Positions 1 through 10,154 of a DNA stretch of 64,000 nucleotides are shown one piece after another (within the stretch, counting starts at the first letter, position 1; every line of letters starts with the position of its first letter). The notes under the pieces are model-generated. The model saw nothing but the letters and a program-made list of their open reading frames with translations. It had not been told where the DNA came from and ran no database searches. This stretch comes from Candidatus Hydrogenedentota bacterium. GTDB lineage: Bacteria > Hydrogenedentota > Hydrogenedentia > Hydrogenedentales > SLHB01. The stretch covers positions 30,799 through 94,798 of the forward strand of contig BTVY01000030.1 in assembly GCA_045863335.1 (NCBI GenBank), given 5' to 3'. The position numbers and the translations under genes are program-made.

Positions 1-6
1 GCCCAG

Positions 7-1047
7 TTGCTCCCGGAGGTGGAGAACGTTGTTGTCTTCAAGGAGACGGACAAGTTCGCCGGGTGGCCCGCCAACAACGGGATGTGGGCCTGGGGCAACG
101 AAATGGTGGTCGGTTTCGTGGTCGGACAGTTCGATGACGAAAAGCAAGACGGACACCCCATCAAGCCACCCTCAACGCAGCGGCAGGCGCGTACTCTGGA
201 CGGCGGTCATACATGGACCATTGAGAAACCTTCATTTCTTGATGAGGACGAGAAGGAAGCGGAGCCCACGGCGTTGACGGAGCCGATCAATTTCACCCAT
301 CCCGATTTCGCCTTCAAGTTCCGATCGGGACAGGCCAGCTTTTACTACAGCCTGGATCGGTGCAAGACCTGGAAAGGGCCGTATACATTTCCGGCCTTTG
401 ACCGGCCCGGGGTACTGGCGAGGACCGACTATATCGTCAACGGCGAGCGCGACATGTTTGTCTTTCTCACATCGCCGAAGGACAACGAGGACGAGGGCTG
501 GCCGTATTGCGCGCGGACGCAGGACGGCGGGTTAACCTGGGAACACGTGGGATGGATTGGCGAGCAGCCGCCGGTGAACGGTTATGGGTACGCGATCATG
601 CCGTCGACGGTGCGGCTAGCCAGTGGCGCGTTTCTTTCCATCATTCGGCACGGCGGCCAGTTCGACGGCGAGAAACGCTGGTGGCTGGACGCCTACCTTT
701 CACCGGACGAAGGCAAGAGTTGGTACCTCCTGGACAAGCCGTACATCGACAACGCGGGGAATCCTGCGAGTTTAATTAAGCTCGACGACGGCCGTCTCGC
801 GTTGATCTATGGATGGCGGCGGGCACCCTATGGCGTACGCGCCATCCTCTCGGATGATGAGGGACAGACGTGGAGTCCGGAGATTGTATTGCGCCACGAC
901 GCGGCCGTATGGGACATCGGCTATCCGCGGAGCGCGCAACGGCCGGATGGAAAAGTCGTCACGGTTGTGTACTACAACGTCGCTTCTGCAAAGGAACGAT
1001 TCATCGCCGCGACGATCTGGGATCCGCCCACGGCACCGGAGGATTAG
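7..1047 (+). CDS. BNR/Asp-box sialidase-like (beta-propeller) protein, probably 5'-truncated by the window edge
   Basis: Asp-box repeats (TLDGGHTW, SLDRCKTW, TQDGGLTW, SPDEGKSW, SDDEGQTW) and DIGYP motif. The frame is open to the window start. Confidence 0.8.
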   Translation: MLPEVENVVVFKETDKFAGWPANNGMWAWGNEMVVGFVVGQFDDEKQDGHPIKPPSTQRQARTLDGGHTWTIEKPSFLDEDEKEAEPTALTEPINFTHPDFAFKFRSGQASFYYSLDRCKTWKGPYTFPAFDRPGVLARTDYIVNGERDMFVFLTSPKDNEDEGWPYCARTQDGGLTWEHVGWIGEQPPVNGYGYAIMPSTVRLASGAFLSIIRHGGQFDGEKRWWLDAYLSPDEGKSWYLLDKPYIDNAGNPASLIKLDDGRLALIYGWRRAPYGVRAILSDDEGQTWSPEIVLRHDAAVWDIGYPRSAQRPDGKVVTVVYYNVASAKERFIAATIWDPPTAPED

Positions 1048-1117
1048 CACCTCGTACTTCGGGTCCCAAAGAAGTTGACGTTTGCCGCCGTGAACCACGC
1101 TTCGGCATGGGTAGCGA

Positions 1118-1347
1118 CAAATCCGAAATTCGAAGCACGAAATCCGAAACAAGCACGAATGACCAAAATCCAAAAACGGTCTCGCGCCGCAAGAGATTGC
1201 GTCGAAGCCATTGCCTTTGCGGATTCGATCCTGGCCTCGCGGAGATCCGGGCGCTTCAACGCGAATACGGCTGTGCCCGGCCAATATTCGTTTCGAATTT
1301 CAGATTTGAGATTTGTTTCGGATTTCGTGCTTCGAATTTCGGATTTG
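1118..1347. repeat. MITE-like element with perfect 35-bp inverted repeats made of heptamer-like units
   Basis: CAAATCCGAAATTCGAAGCACGAAATCCGAAACAA (1118-1152) is the exact reverse complement of 1313-1347. It lies between convergent genes. Confidence 0.85.
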
Positions 1348-1380
1348 GTTCAATAGAGGACCATGTCTACAGTCAGCAAT

Positions 1381-2586
1381 TCACGTCGCGTAACGTTCTC
1401 GCAGGTAGGTTTCGAGATCCCTGAGACGATGGGCGTGGGTGTGGTGCGCGGCGATGCGGCGTCGTGCGGCGTGGACGATTGAGGTGCGGGCCTCGGGGTG
1501 CCTTTGATAGTAGCGCACCTTGTCTTCCAGTTCGTCCAGCGTGGTGTAGGTCACCGTCTCCGTTTCCGGGTCGAAGAACTCTTCCAGGTCGCCTTGCGCG
1601 TCCGTGATTAGAAATCCACCGGCCGCCGGGCAGTCGAACACGCGCTGATTAACCGAGGTCCGCATTTGGAGGCTGGTGGCGTTCAGGTTGATGGCCGTGC
1701 CGCGGTAGAAGGGCGCGAGACTGTCGAAATATCCGATGTCGCCGTAGCAGCGGTTGTGCACGGCCTGCCAGGCGTCGTCGCCGAAGACGTCTACACCATG
1801 CGGCGCGAGGCGTTGCACCATTTCCACCCGAATGCGGCGCGTGGCTTCGTAAACGAGACAGAGTTCCACATTGCGACGGTCGCTAGCATCGGCAGCGGAC
1901 AGCAGCGCGGGATCAAGAATCGTCTCGACACCTTGGGCGAAGGCTTCGCGTGTGACGCGGCCCTCGTCAAACGCTTCCCGCGCGGCTTGCTTCAGGGCCG
2001 GATTCGCTTCGAGTTTTTCCCACGCTTCTTCGGCATGCTCAATCATGGACACGCCCACGAAAGCGAGGTCGCGATCCCATGCTGCGGCGGGTGCGCCGTT
2101 AAACAAACCGGGATCGGTCGCGTGCGGCATGAAACACACGTGCGGGAACCCGTGGGCTTCCAGGTGTGGAATGTAGGCGCGCTCCCAAGTGGCCGCGACG
2201 CTGTAAGGCGAGCCGTGGACGGTACGGTTAAAAAGGATCATGCGTGGCGTGTCGGTGAACCAACTGACGTAGGGGATTCGCGCGTCCTCGAAAAACCGGG
2301 CGAAGAGTCCCATCTCATCCATGCCGGCATAGTTTGACGTGAGGATGAAGTGGGGTTTGAAGGACCCCACGGTTTGGAACAGCGCGGCAATCTGGTCGCG
2401 GGTGAGCCCTCCTGTCATCACTGACGGGACGGCGGCGGTCTCCCAGCCGAGCGATTGCGCCGCGCGCACCCAACTCTGGTCGAAGAAGTACTGCGTTTCG
2501 AGGACCAGCATGCGCGTCGGGCCCGCGAACTTGGGATAGTCCAGGATGGCCCGCATGCCTTCGGTGATGGTGAGCCGTTTATCCAT
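1381..2586 (-). CDS. CgeB/YkvP-family glycosyltransferase (GT1-like C-terminal domain)
   Basis: SWFTDTP, HATDP, INLN...VNQRVFDCPAAGGFLITD and HTHAHR motifs. Confidence 0.8.
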   Translation of the reverse strand: MDKRLTITEGMRAILDYPKFAGPTRMLVLETQYFFDQSWVRAAQSLGWETAAVPSVMTGGLTRDQIAALFQTVGSFKPHFILTSNYAGMDEMGLFARFFEDARIPYVSWFTDTPRMILFNRTVHGSPYSVAATWERAYIPHLEAHGFPHVCFMPHATDPGLFNGAPAAAWDRDLAFVGVSMIEHAEEAWEKLEANPALKQAAREAFDEGRVTREAFAQGVETILDPALLSAADASDRRNVELCLVYEATRRIRVEMVQRLAPHGVDVFGDDAWQAVHNRCYGDIGYFDSLAPFYRGTAINLNATSLQMRTSVNQRVFDCPAAGGFLITDAQGDLEEFFDPETETVTYTTLDELEDKVRYYQRHPEARTSIVHAARRRIAAHHTHAHRLRDLETYLRERYAT

Positions 2587-2657
2587 GCCTTTGCCGCGAT
2601 CGCCGGCTGATTCCCTGTACTACGCCAAACGTAGCAATCAAGAAACGCCGGGAGACG

Positions 2658-4028
2658 TTACAGAACCCCCCAACTGAGCGCCAGAGCCGCCAGGCTCAAA
2701 CAGATGAAGAAGCCGCACATATCGGTAATGGTTGTAAGGATTGGGGCAGCGGCCAAGGCGGGATCAATGCCCATGCCTCTGATCGCGAGGGGCAGAACGG
2801 CCCCAACGCTGGTTCCGATCATCGTATTCGCGAACAGTGTAAAGGCCGCAATGGCCGCGAGGTAGAAGTGCCCTTTCCAAATCATGCCGATTCCAAGGAT
2901 CATGGCCCCAAGCACGATACCGTTGAATAACGCGACCGAAGTTTCCTGCCACCAGACACGCAGAAAATCCCGAGGCTTGACGAGCCCGAGGGACAGTTCC
3001 CGGATGCTCACGGCGACCGCCTGACTCCCGGCGCACCCACTCATATCGGAAATCACGGGCAAAAACACCGCCAGCGCAATCACCTGTGCAAGTGTCGATT
3101 CATACAGCGCAATGACGCTGGCGGCCATGATATTGAGGAACACGTTTGGGGTCAGAAATGATAGCCGGCGAAACGCGCGTGAAACGATCGGCATGCTGCG
3201 GAGTTCTTCGCCGCCCACGATACCGCCGAAGCGCAAGAAGGTCCGTTCCGCAACTTCGCCGTGGGCCTCTTCCACGTCGGCCCGTTCAACGACGCCGACG
3301 AGCTTGCCGAAATTGTCGACCACGGGTACGCCGAAGAACATGTGCCGGTCGAAAACCTGTTCGAGTTCTACCAGCGTGGCATCGACGCTGACGCTGATGG
3401 GATTCAGGATCTGGATCTTGGCCAGGGGTGTGCTGCCGGGCGACAGGACGAGATCGCGCAGACGGACCACGCCTACGAGATTCCCCTTGTCGGACACGAC
3501 ATAGACATATTGCACACCGTAGTCTGAATACGTCTCGGCATTTTCGCGGAGGTCGTTAAGGACGTCGTGAACGCGGAGGGACTCGTTGTACGCGAGGTAC
3601 TCCGTGATCATAAGACCACCCGCGGTGTCGGACGGGTAGACCAGCAATGCTCGCGCGTCTTGCGCTTCTTCCGGGCTCATCTGAAGCAAGATGGCTTCCA
3701 GGTCGCCGTGGTCGAGTTCGCTCAGCACGTCCGCGCGGATGTCGCTGTCCATCTCGTCCATGATGGCGGCGGCCTGGGGGACAGGCAGGTCTTCGATGAG
3801 GTCGGCGCCGACGGCTTCATGGAGTTCCTCGATGACGTCGGCCGCGTCTTCGGGATCGAGGAGGGTCAGCACGGCGGATTGGTCTTCTTCGTTCAACCGC
3901 GACATGGCGCGCGCCAGTTCGGATGGCGATAGTTGGGCGAGGTAGGCGGTGAGGCCAGGACTATCCTGCCGTTCGACGAATTCCTCGATTTGTTCCCATG
4001 TCTCGATGTTTGGCTGATCCGTCATCAA
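2658..4028 (-). CDS. mgtE: magnesium transporter MgtE
   Basis: Acidic N-domain, TAGGLM and CBS pair, TM region with DMSGCAGSQA and DPALAAAPILTTITDMCG. Confidence 0.93.
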   Translation of the reverse strand: MMTDQPNIETWEQIEEFVERQDSPGLTAYLAQLSPSELARAMSRLNEEDQSAVLTLLDPEDAADVIEELHEAVGADLIEDLPVPQAAAIMDEMDSDIRADVLSELDHGDLEAILLQMSPEEAQDARALLVYPSDTAGGLMITEYLAYNESLRVHDVLNDLRENAETYSDYGVQYVYVVSDKGNLVGVVRLRDLVLSPGSTPLAKIQILNPISVSVDATLVELEQVFDRHMFFGVPVVDNFGKLVGVVERADVEEAHGEVAERTFLRFGGIVGGEELRSMPIVSRAFRRLSFLTPNVFLNIMAASVIALYESTLAQVIALAVFLPVISDMSGCAGSQAVAVSIRELSLGLVKPRDFLRVWWQETSVALFNGIVLGAMILGIGMIWKGHFYLAAIAAFTLFANTMIGTSVGAVLPLAIRGMGIDPALAAAPILTTITDMCGFFICLSLAALALSWGVL

Positions 4029-4167
4029 TATTGCTCCGCATAGGGATTCAGAGACACACAGGGGGCACGCGAGGCCGACCGAACCGCACGCGATGAAGAG
4101 TGTAGCAAACGAGTAGGGACGGTTTCGAGGCGTATGTGCGTTTGATAGCCGAATTCGCGATCTGCCC

Positions 4168-4330
4168 GAAGAACATCCCCCTTGTCCCCTTCAAAGGGGG
4201 AAACGCCGCAACGCCTTGCGTTGCTGCCCTAACCATCCGAGGCCTTCGAGACGCGTACAAAATTCTGCGTTATCTGAGTAATGCGTCTCAGCAGATTCCC
4301 CCTTTGAAGGGGGCAAGGGGGATGTTCTTC
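4168..4330. repeat. inverted pair of GAACATCCCCCTT..CCCCCTTCAAAGGGGG repeats (REP-like family A)
   Basis: 4168-4202 and 4296-4330 are reverse complements at 34/35 positions. Each copy contains a CCCC-TTCAAA-GGGG hairpin. Confidence 0.85.
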
Positions 4331-4512
4331 AGTCCGTATGTCGTGCCGCAGTGCTCATCTGATTGATGCTCGCGGCATCTCATACTCGCCGGTTTGAACG
4401 GTGGCGTGGGTTTGTCTCCGTTGATTGAAAAATGGAAGGCGGGTCGCGGCTGGCCTATAATTGGCGGTGGGAGTTTGATTGTGTCTACGCTGCATTGTAA
4501 GGAGTCCTGGCG

Positions 4513-6048
4513 ATGAGCCTGAATCTTGCCCACTATTTGGAGATGTCCGCGGAGTCCGTGCCGGATCGGACGGCGGTGATGCTGGACGAGTACCGGTTTA
4601 CGTATGCGGAAGTAAACGCCTTCGCGAAACGGGTCGCGAACGTGCTGGTGGACAAAGGCATCGAGAAGGGCGACAAGGTCGCCATCATGATCCCGAACAC
4701 GCCACACTTTCCGATGGTCTATTACGGCATCCTCAACGCGGGCGCGACGGTGGTGCCGGTAAACGTGCTGCTGAAATCGCACGAGATCCAGTATTACCTG
4801 GAAGACTCCGATGCGAAGGTGTTCGTGGTGTGGCGCGGCTTTTACGATGAAGCCGTCCAGGCCTTCCATGAGACGGACACCTGCCATCATCTTCTGGTGG
4901 TCAGCACGCCGGAAGATATGGAGTCGCCGCCGGAAGGCGAAATGCTGATGCCGCTGCTGTTGGGCGTTTCACACGAATTCGATCTCATCGAGACCATGCC
5001 GGACGATACGGCGGTCATCCTCTACACGAGCGGCACGACGGGCCATCCGAAGGGCGCGGAGCTGACGCATTTCAATATGTTCTTCAACGCGTACTATACG
5101 AAGGAGAAAATCATTCGCTCCGGGGGCGAGGACGTGATCCTCGCCGTACTGCCTCTGTTCCACTCTTTCGGCCAGACCTGCATTTTGAACGCGGGACTCA
5201 TGGCGGGATCGACGATCACGATGGTCCCGCAGTTCGACACAGAACGGGTTATCAAAACCATCGAGCGGGATCGCGTTACCGTCATTGCCCTCGTGCCCAC
5301 CATGTACGCCTTCCTGCTCAACGCCGCCGACCAGCATGCCTGCGACTTGTCGTCGTTGAGGATGGCGGTGTCGGGTGCGTCCTCGTTACCGGTGGAGATC
5401 ATCAACCGGTTCAAAGAACGCTTCGGCGTGCAGATCCTGGAAGGCTATGGCCTGAGCGAGACAAGCCCGGTGGCGTCGTTCAACGTGACGGACCGGCCCT
5501 GCAAGCCCGGGTCCATTGGGTTGCCCATCTGGGGGTGCGAGATGCGGATCATGCGGGAGGACGGATCCTTTGCGGGCGCGGACGAGGTCGGCGAGATCGT
5601 CATCCGCGGGCACAACGTGATGAAGGCGTACTACAAGAAACCAGTGGCCACGGCGGAGACCATCATCAACGGCTGGCTCCATACCGGGGACCTCGGCAAG
5701 TACGACGAAGACGGATACTTCTACATCGTAGACCGTATCAAGGACATCATTATCCGCGGCGGCATGAATATCTATCCACGCGAAGTCGAGGAGGTGCTCC
5801 ACGGCCACCCCGCCGTGCTCGAAGTCGCCGTCGTCGGCATCCCGGATGTCCTGCGCGGCGAGGAGGTCAGGGCCTATATCGCGCTCCGGGACGGCCATTC
5901 CGCGTCCGCAGACGAACTGCAGGAATACTGCGTCGAGCGCCTGGCGAAGTACAAGTGCCCGAAGGAAGTCGAGATCCTGCCCAGCCTCCCCAAGGGACCA
6001 ACGGGGAAACTACTGAAGCGGGAGTTGCGAGGGCTGGCCGCGAAGTAG
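4513..6048 (+). CDS. fadD: long-chain fatty-acid--CoA ligase
   Basis: YTSGTTGHPKG, EGYGLSETSP, WLHTGDLG, IVDRIKD and LPKGPTGK adenylation motifs. Confidence 0.88.
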   Translation: MSLNLAHYLEMSAESVPDRTAVMLDEYRFTYAEVNAFAKRVANVLVDKGIEKGDKVAIMIPNTPHFPMVYYGILNAGATVVPVNVLLKSHEIQYYLEDSDAKVFVVWRGFYDEAVQAFHETDTCHHLLVVSTPEDMESPPEGEMLMPLLLGVSHEFDLIETMPDDTAVILYTSGTTGHPKGAELTHFNMFFNAYYTKEKIIRSGGEDVILAVLPLFHSFGQTCILNAGLMAGSTITMVPQFDTERVIKTIERDRVTVIALVPTMYAFLLNAADQHACDLSSLRMAVSGASSLPVEIINRFKERFGVQILEGYGLSETSPVASFNVTDRPCKPGSIGLPIWGCEMRIMREDGSFAGADEVGEIVIRGHNVMKAYYKKPVATAETIINGWLHTGDLGKYDEDGYFYIVDRIKDIIIRGGMNIYPREVEEVLHGHPAVLEVAVVGIPDVLRGEEVRAYIALRDGHSASADELQEYCVERLAKYKCPKEVEILPSLPKGPTGKLLKRELRGLAAK

Positions 6049-6080
6049 GGGTTGCTCGCAATGGCCCGAACTTGGCAATG

Positions 6081-6236
6081 TCATCCGGGATCCAATAGGC
6101 CCAACAGAGCTTCAAGTCCACTGCCAACGACATCGACCGCGGCATCGAGTGCTTCTGGCGGCGCGCCGAGGCGGTTGACCCAAACGGTTGGGTAGCCGAA
6201 CCAGCTTGCGCCGGCGGCGTCGCACCCGGCAAAGGC
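6081..6236 (-). pseudogene. C-terminal remnant of a haloacid dehalogenase type II-like gene
   Basis: AFAGCDAAGASWFGYPTVWVNRLG matches the HAD type II C-terminal pattern (WDAAGA..FG..T.WVNR). No N-terminal DxxGT region is present upstream. Confidence 0.6.
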
Positions 6237-6456
6237 TTTGATGGCGGGGTTATACTGCGCTGTAGCATTCGGCGTCGCCACGGGATGAACGAGTGACGCG
6301 CCCACCGCGGTCGAGGGTCATGGGAAAATCTCCTTTTGTGGGTCTCGCCGAATCTCTAGTCTTTGACCGGGCCTTGGTCGCCGAAATGTGTTCGGGCGTT
6401 TCGAGGGTCGTGCCGCAGCACATCCAGAATAAATACGCGCAGCTGATCGACAGGTA

Positions 6457-7473
6457 TCACTTGGGAGACTCGGAATGATGAGTTTCTCTGACGAGACGAA
6501 AACCTACGCCCAAGTTCGCCGCCTCTAGAGGGAACCCACCAGGGATGCGAGTCCATCCGGTAAACGCATCAATCGGGGTGACATAATGCCCCCCACGAAT
6601 CACCAGATGGTGCTCCGTCGTGAACAGCGCGGGTTCCGCAAAGTCAGGTTCCAGGAGTAAGCTGGCAAGGTCATTGGCGTCGTCGTAATCGAACCAATAG
6701 TTTCCGCACCATTCCGACGCATTCCCTATCAGATCGTTTACGCCGTCCTGGTTTTCCCCCGCGGGAAAGCTTCCCACAGTTACTACCCTCGGAGCGGATC
6801 GATGGAGCTCATCCTCATAGTGTTGGAACAGGAACGCGCGCCCCCGTGGGTCCTCTTCCCCCCACGGATACGTGCTTTCTTTCCGGCCACGAGCGACATA
6901 CTCCCATTCGATTTCCGACGGAAGTCGATGTTTTACACCTGTTCGTTCTGTCAGCCACTCGCAATACCGCCGTGCTCCCTGATAGGTCACGTTGACGGCA
7001 GGTGCGTGTTCGTACGATGCCTTGGGCTCATATCCGGTGTCGCTGTGCAGGATTGTCGCGAAACTATCGATAACAATGTACGGCGCGCTAGTTTCCGCGG
7101 GTGATGCCGTGCTGTTCAGAAACTCGCAGAACTCCTGCGCGGTAACTTCGTATTTCCCAATTTCAAACGGGGACACAATGACGCTCTGCCGCGGTCTTGC
7201 TAAAGTGATCCATGGAGCGAGTAACTCACTGAACCGGATACTTGCGTCGTCGGGGGCGCCGAGATTCACTTCACCCCCGGGGACGCGTATAAACGAACCA
7301 ATGTCCGCGACACCCCGATTCGGAGGAATGGGGAATTGCTCATAGCTTCTGGCCTGTTTGGTGGGAAATGCACGATCCACGACGAAGAGGAATCCTGCAA
7401 CTGTGAGCGCGCAGCTACCAGCAAGAAACCAAATCAAATATGTGACAATTTGTTTCACAGGCCCCCCTGTCAA
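6457..7473 (-). CDS. FGE-sulfatase (SUMF1/EgtB/PvdO) domain protein with N-terminal membrane anchor
   Basis: KYEVT, RLPSEIEWEYVARG, YPWG, DLIGNASEW, VIRGG and GFRLV motifs. The catalytic Cys pair of true FGE is absent. Confidence 0.85.
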   Translation of the reverse strand: MTGGPVKQIVTYLIWFLAGSCALTVAGFLFVVDRAFPTKQARSYEQFPIPPNRGVADIGSFIRVPGGEVNLGAPDDASIRFSELLAPWITLARPRQSVIVSPFEIGKYEVTAQEFCEFLNSTASPAETSAPYIVIDSFATILHSDTGYEPKASYEHAPAVNVTYQGARRYCEWLTERTGVKHRLPSEIEWEYVARGRKESTYPWGEEDPRGRAFLFQHYEDELHRSAPRVVTVGSFPAGENQDGVNDLIGNASEWCGNYWFDYDDANDLASLLLEPDFAEPALFTTEHHLVIRGGHYVTPIDAFTGWTRIPGGFPLEAANLGVGFRLVRETHHSESPK

Positions 7474-7884
7474 CGCTCAAGTTCGGAGAGCATGTTGAAA
7501 CTCGAGCTTGAGACACGAAGTTCTGCGCCTTCGCGCTTGGTGCTCCTCCAATAGTGACATGTTCTTCTGTGCTTCGCAAGAGCGTTAGTCCGCCTCTAAG
7601 GAAGAGGAATGGGAACTTCGGCGTTTGCCGTGAGTTCTGGGTACCTCGGGGACTTGGACGGGGACGCCCAAGCCACAGGCGCGGGGCGGCGGGTTGCACG
7701 GCAAAGGCATGGATTTGATATACTTGAGGGGTCGGTGCAAGTGTGCGTGGGGCAGGGCGTGCCGGTGGGCACGCGGGTCGTTTGCAGGGCCATACCCCAG
7801 GCGCATCGGATTCCCGGGCGAGATGCGTTTCGCCTGCGCAACGTTTGACGGTTTACCGCGTTACGAAGAGAGGTTTCTCATCTG

Positions 7885-9813
7885 ATGATGTCGAATAATG
7901 GCGAGCACGTCGCCCCTCAGGATTATCTGAACACGCCCATCCTGGACACGATCAATTCGCCCCGGGATTTGAAGACGCTCAAGGTGGAGCAACTAAAGAC
8001 GCTGGCCGAGGAGATCCGACACAAGATCATCGCCACGGCGTCGGTCAACGGCGGGCATCTGGCACCGCACCTGGGCGTGGTGGATCTGACGCTGGCGCTC
8101 CATTACGTCTTCGACACGGAAGACGACATGCTGGTGTGGGACGTGGGGCATCAGTGCTACGCCCACAAGCTCGTCACCGGGCGGCGGGACATGCTGCCCA
8201 CCATCCGCAAGAAGGGCGGCTTGAGCGGGTATCCCAAACGCAGCGAGAGTCCCTACGACGTGTTCGGCGTGGGCCACAGCTCGACGTCGATCTCGGCGGG
8301 GCTGGGCATGGCGGTGGCGCGGTCGTTGACGCAGCGCGGCGGCCGGGCGATCGCGGTCATCGGCGACGGCGCGATGACTGCCGGCATGGCCTTCGAAGCG
8401 CTGAGCCATGCGGGGCACCTTGGCACGGATCTCATCGTCATTCTCAACGACAACAACATGTCCATTTCGAACAACGTGGGCGCGGTGTCGGCTTATTTCA
8501 ACCGGCTCATCACGGGCGGGCTGTACACACGGGCGCGCGGCGACCTCCATACCTTCATGGAGCGGACGCTGGGGCAGCACCTCACCCGGGCGGCGGAACG
8601 GCTGGAGCATTCCGTGAAGGGTTTCCTCACGCCGGGGTCCATGTTCGAGGCCCTGGGCCTGCGCTATGTGGGCCCGGTGGACGGGCACGACATGGACACG
8701 CTGGTGGAGTGCCTGGGCAATCTCAAGAAGACCTCGGGTCCGGTGTTCTTCCACTGCGTCACGAAAAAGGGCAAAGGCTACAGCTACGCCGAACAAGATC
8801 CGCAGACCTACCACGGCGTACAGGCCTTCGATATCACCACCGGAAAGTTCCAAAGTTCGAGCGCCGCACCCGTCCCGACATTCACGAGCGCGTTCGCAGA
8901 CGCCATGATCGAAGCTGCCCGGGAGAACGAAAAGGTCGTGGGCATTACGGCGGCCATGCCGACAGGCACGGGTCTGAGCAAGTTTGAAAAGGAGTTCCCG
9001 GAGCGCACCTTCGACGTGGGCATCTGCGAGCAGCACGCGGTCACCTTCGCGGCGGGCCTCGCGACCCAGGGGATGCGGCCGGTCTGCGCGATTTACTCGA
9101 CCTTCCTGCAGCGGGCGTACGACCAGGTCATTCACGACGTGTGCATGCAGAACCTGCCGGTCGTGTTCGCCATCGACCGCGCGGGCGCCGTGGGTGAAGA
9201 CAGCCCGACGCAGCAAGGCGCGTTTGATGTCTCGTTCCTGCGGGCCGTGCCCGAGCTAAAGGTGCTGGCGGCGCGCGACGACGTGGATACGCGGCTCATG
9301 CTGAAGTGGGCATTGGAACAACCGGGTCCGGTGGCGATCCGGTACGCGCGCAGCAAGGCGCCAACGATTGGATCGGCGGACGGCCGTGATATCACAAAAG
9401 GCGAAGTCCTGCGCGAAGGCAACGACGCGACTTTGCTGGCGATCGGTCCTGTCATTTCGGCTTGCCTGGAAGCGGCGGAAACCTTGCAACGCGAAGGGTT
9501 CTCGATTGGCGTTGCGGACGCGCGTTCGGCAAAGCCGCTGGACGGGGAGCTGCTGGATAGGTTGAAAGGCGCGCCCATCATCACCGTGGAAGAGAATACG
9601 TTGCCCGGCGGGTTCGGATCGGGCGTGCTGGAGCACTTTGAAGAGGCGGGCATATTGGAAGACGTCCGGATCAAGCGGCTCGGTTTCCCGGATGCGTATC
9701 TCGATCACGGCACGCGGGACGAGCAGCTCGCGGACATCGGCCTGACGGCGGAAGGCATCGCGGCGTCCGTCCGGCATTATCTCGGCCAGCACGTAACGCA
9801 GCCGGTTCAGTAG
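7885..9813 (+). CDS. dxs: 1-deoxy-D-xylulose-5-phosphate synthase
   Basis: GGHLAPHLG, WDVGHQCYAHK, GDGAMTAG..NDN, GPVDGHD, DVGICEQHAV and YSTFLQRAYDQ motifs. Confidence 0.97.
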   Translation: MMSNNGEHVAPQDYLNTPILDTINSPRDLKTLKVEQLKTLAEEIRHKIIATASVNGGHLAPHLGVVDLTLALHYVFDTEDDMLVWDVGHQCYAHKLVTGRRDMLPTIRKKGGLSGYPKRSESPYDVFGVGHSSTSISAGLGMAVARSLTQRGGRAIAVIGDGAMTAGMAFEALSHAGHLGTDLIVILNDNNMSISNNVGAVSAYFNRLITGGLYTRARGDLHTFMERTLGQHLTRAAERLEHSVKGFLTPGSMFEALGLRYVGPVDGHDMDTLVECLGNLKKTSGPVFFHCVTKKGKGYSYAEQDPQTYHGVQAFDITTGKFQSSSAAPVPTFTSAFADAMIEAARENEKVVGITAAMPTGTGLSKFEKEFPERTFDVGICEQHAVTFAAGLATQGMRPVCAIYSTFLQRAYDQVIHDVCMQNLPVVFAIDRAGAVGEDSPTQQGAFDVSFLRAVPELKVLAARDDVDTRLMLKWALEQPGPVAIRYARSKAPTIGSADGRDITKGEVLREGNDATLLAIGPVISACLEAAETLQREGFSIGVADARSAKPLDGELLDRLKGAPIITVEENTLPGGFGSGVLEHFEEAGILEDVRIKRLGFPDAYLDHGTRDEQLADIGLTAEGIAASVRHYLGQHVTQPVQ

Positions 9814-9857
9814 GCCTTCTCGCCGGACGTTGGCTGGAGTCTTCTTCCGGCAACTAA

Positions 9858-10013
9858 AGAACATCCCCCTTAGTCCCCCTTCAAAGGGGGAATTTGGCGC
9901 GACGCGTTGCGCCGCGCGTAGGGCAGGCGTCGTCGCGGCAAGAAGACCCGCACAAAACAGGAAGACTGAGGAAGATTAATCCCCCTTCGAAGGGGGATCA
10001 AGGGGGATGTTCT
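9858..10013. repeat. second inverted pair of REP-like family A repeats
   Basis: AAGAACATCCCCCTTAGTCCCCCTTCAAAGGGGGAA (from 9858) and TCCCCCTTCGAAGGGGGATCAAGGGGGATGTTCT (to 10013). Confidence 0.8.
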
Positions 10014-10092
10014 CTAACTCCCGGCCACAGGGGAGACGAGTGGCGCCACCTCGCACAACCGCCAACACCCTTATCTAACACAGACTCTCCCC

Positions 10093-10122
10093 TTGACAAA
10101 TTCCGGGGGGATCGCCTAGTCT
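10093..10122 (+). promoter_or_regulatory. putative sigma70 promoter
   Basis: TTGACA-18 bp-TAGTCT, ending 32 bp upstream of the ATG at 10155. Confidence 0.4.
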
Positions 10123-10154
10123 ACGGTTGGTCTTAGTTCGGAGCCAGTCTTCTC

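Noticed and set aside
870-1424. Short ORFs spanning the 1118-1347 element
   Set aside because: Their translations simply reflect the heptamer repeats (SKSEIRSTKSE, FRASNFGF), with no coding evidence.
4029-4167. M-box (Mg2+) riboswitch upstream of mgtE
   Set aside because: No recognisable ykoK consensus; the region beyond is occupied by the REP-like pair.
6457-7473. True formylglycine-generating enzyme for the sulfatase
   Set aside because: It lacks the catalytic Cys pair after the RGG motif and lies far from the sulfatase gene.
7993-9216. Long antisense ORFs over dxs (likewise 13331-14551, 15200-16483, 36325-37497, 61552-63003)
   Set aside because: They overlap well-supported genes on the opposite strand and have no domain signatures.
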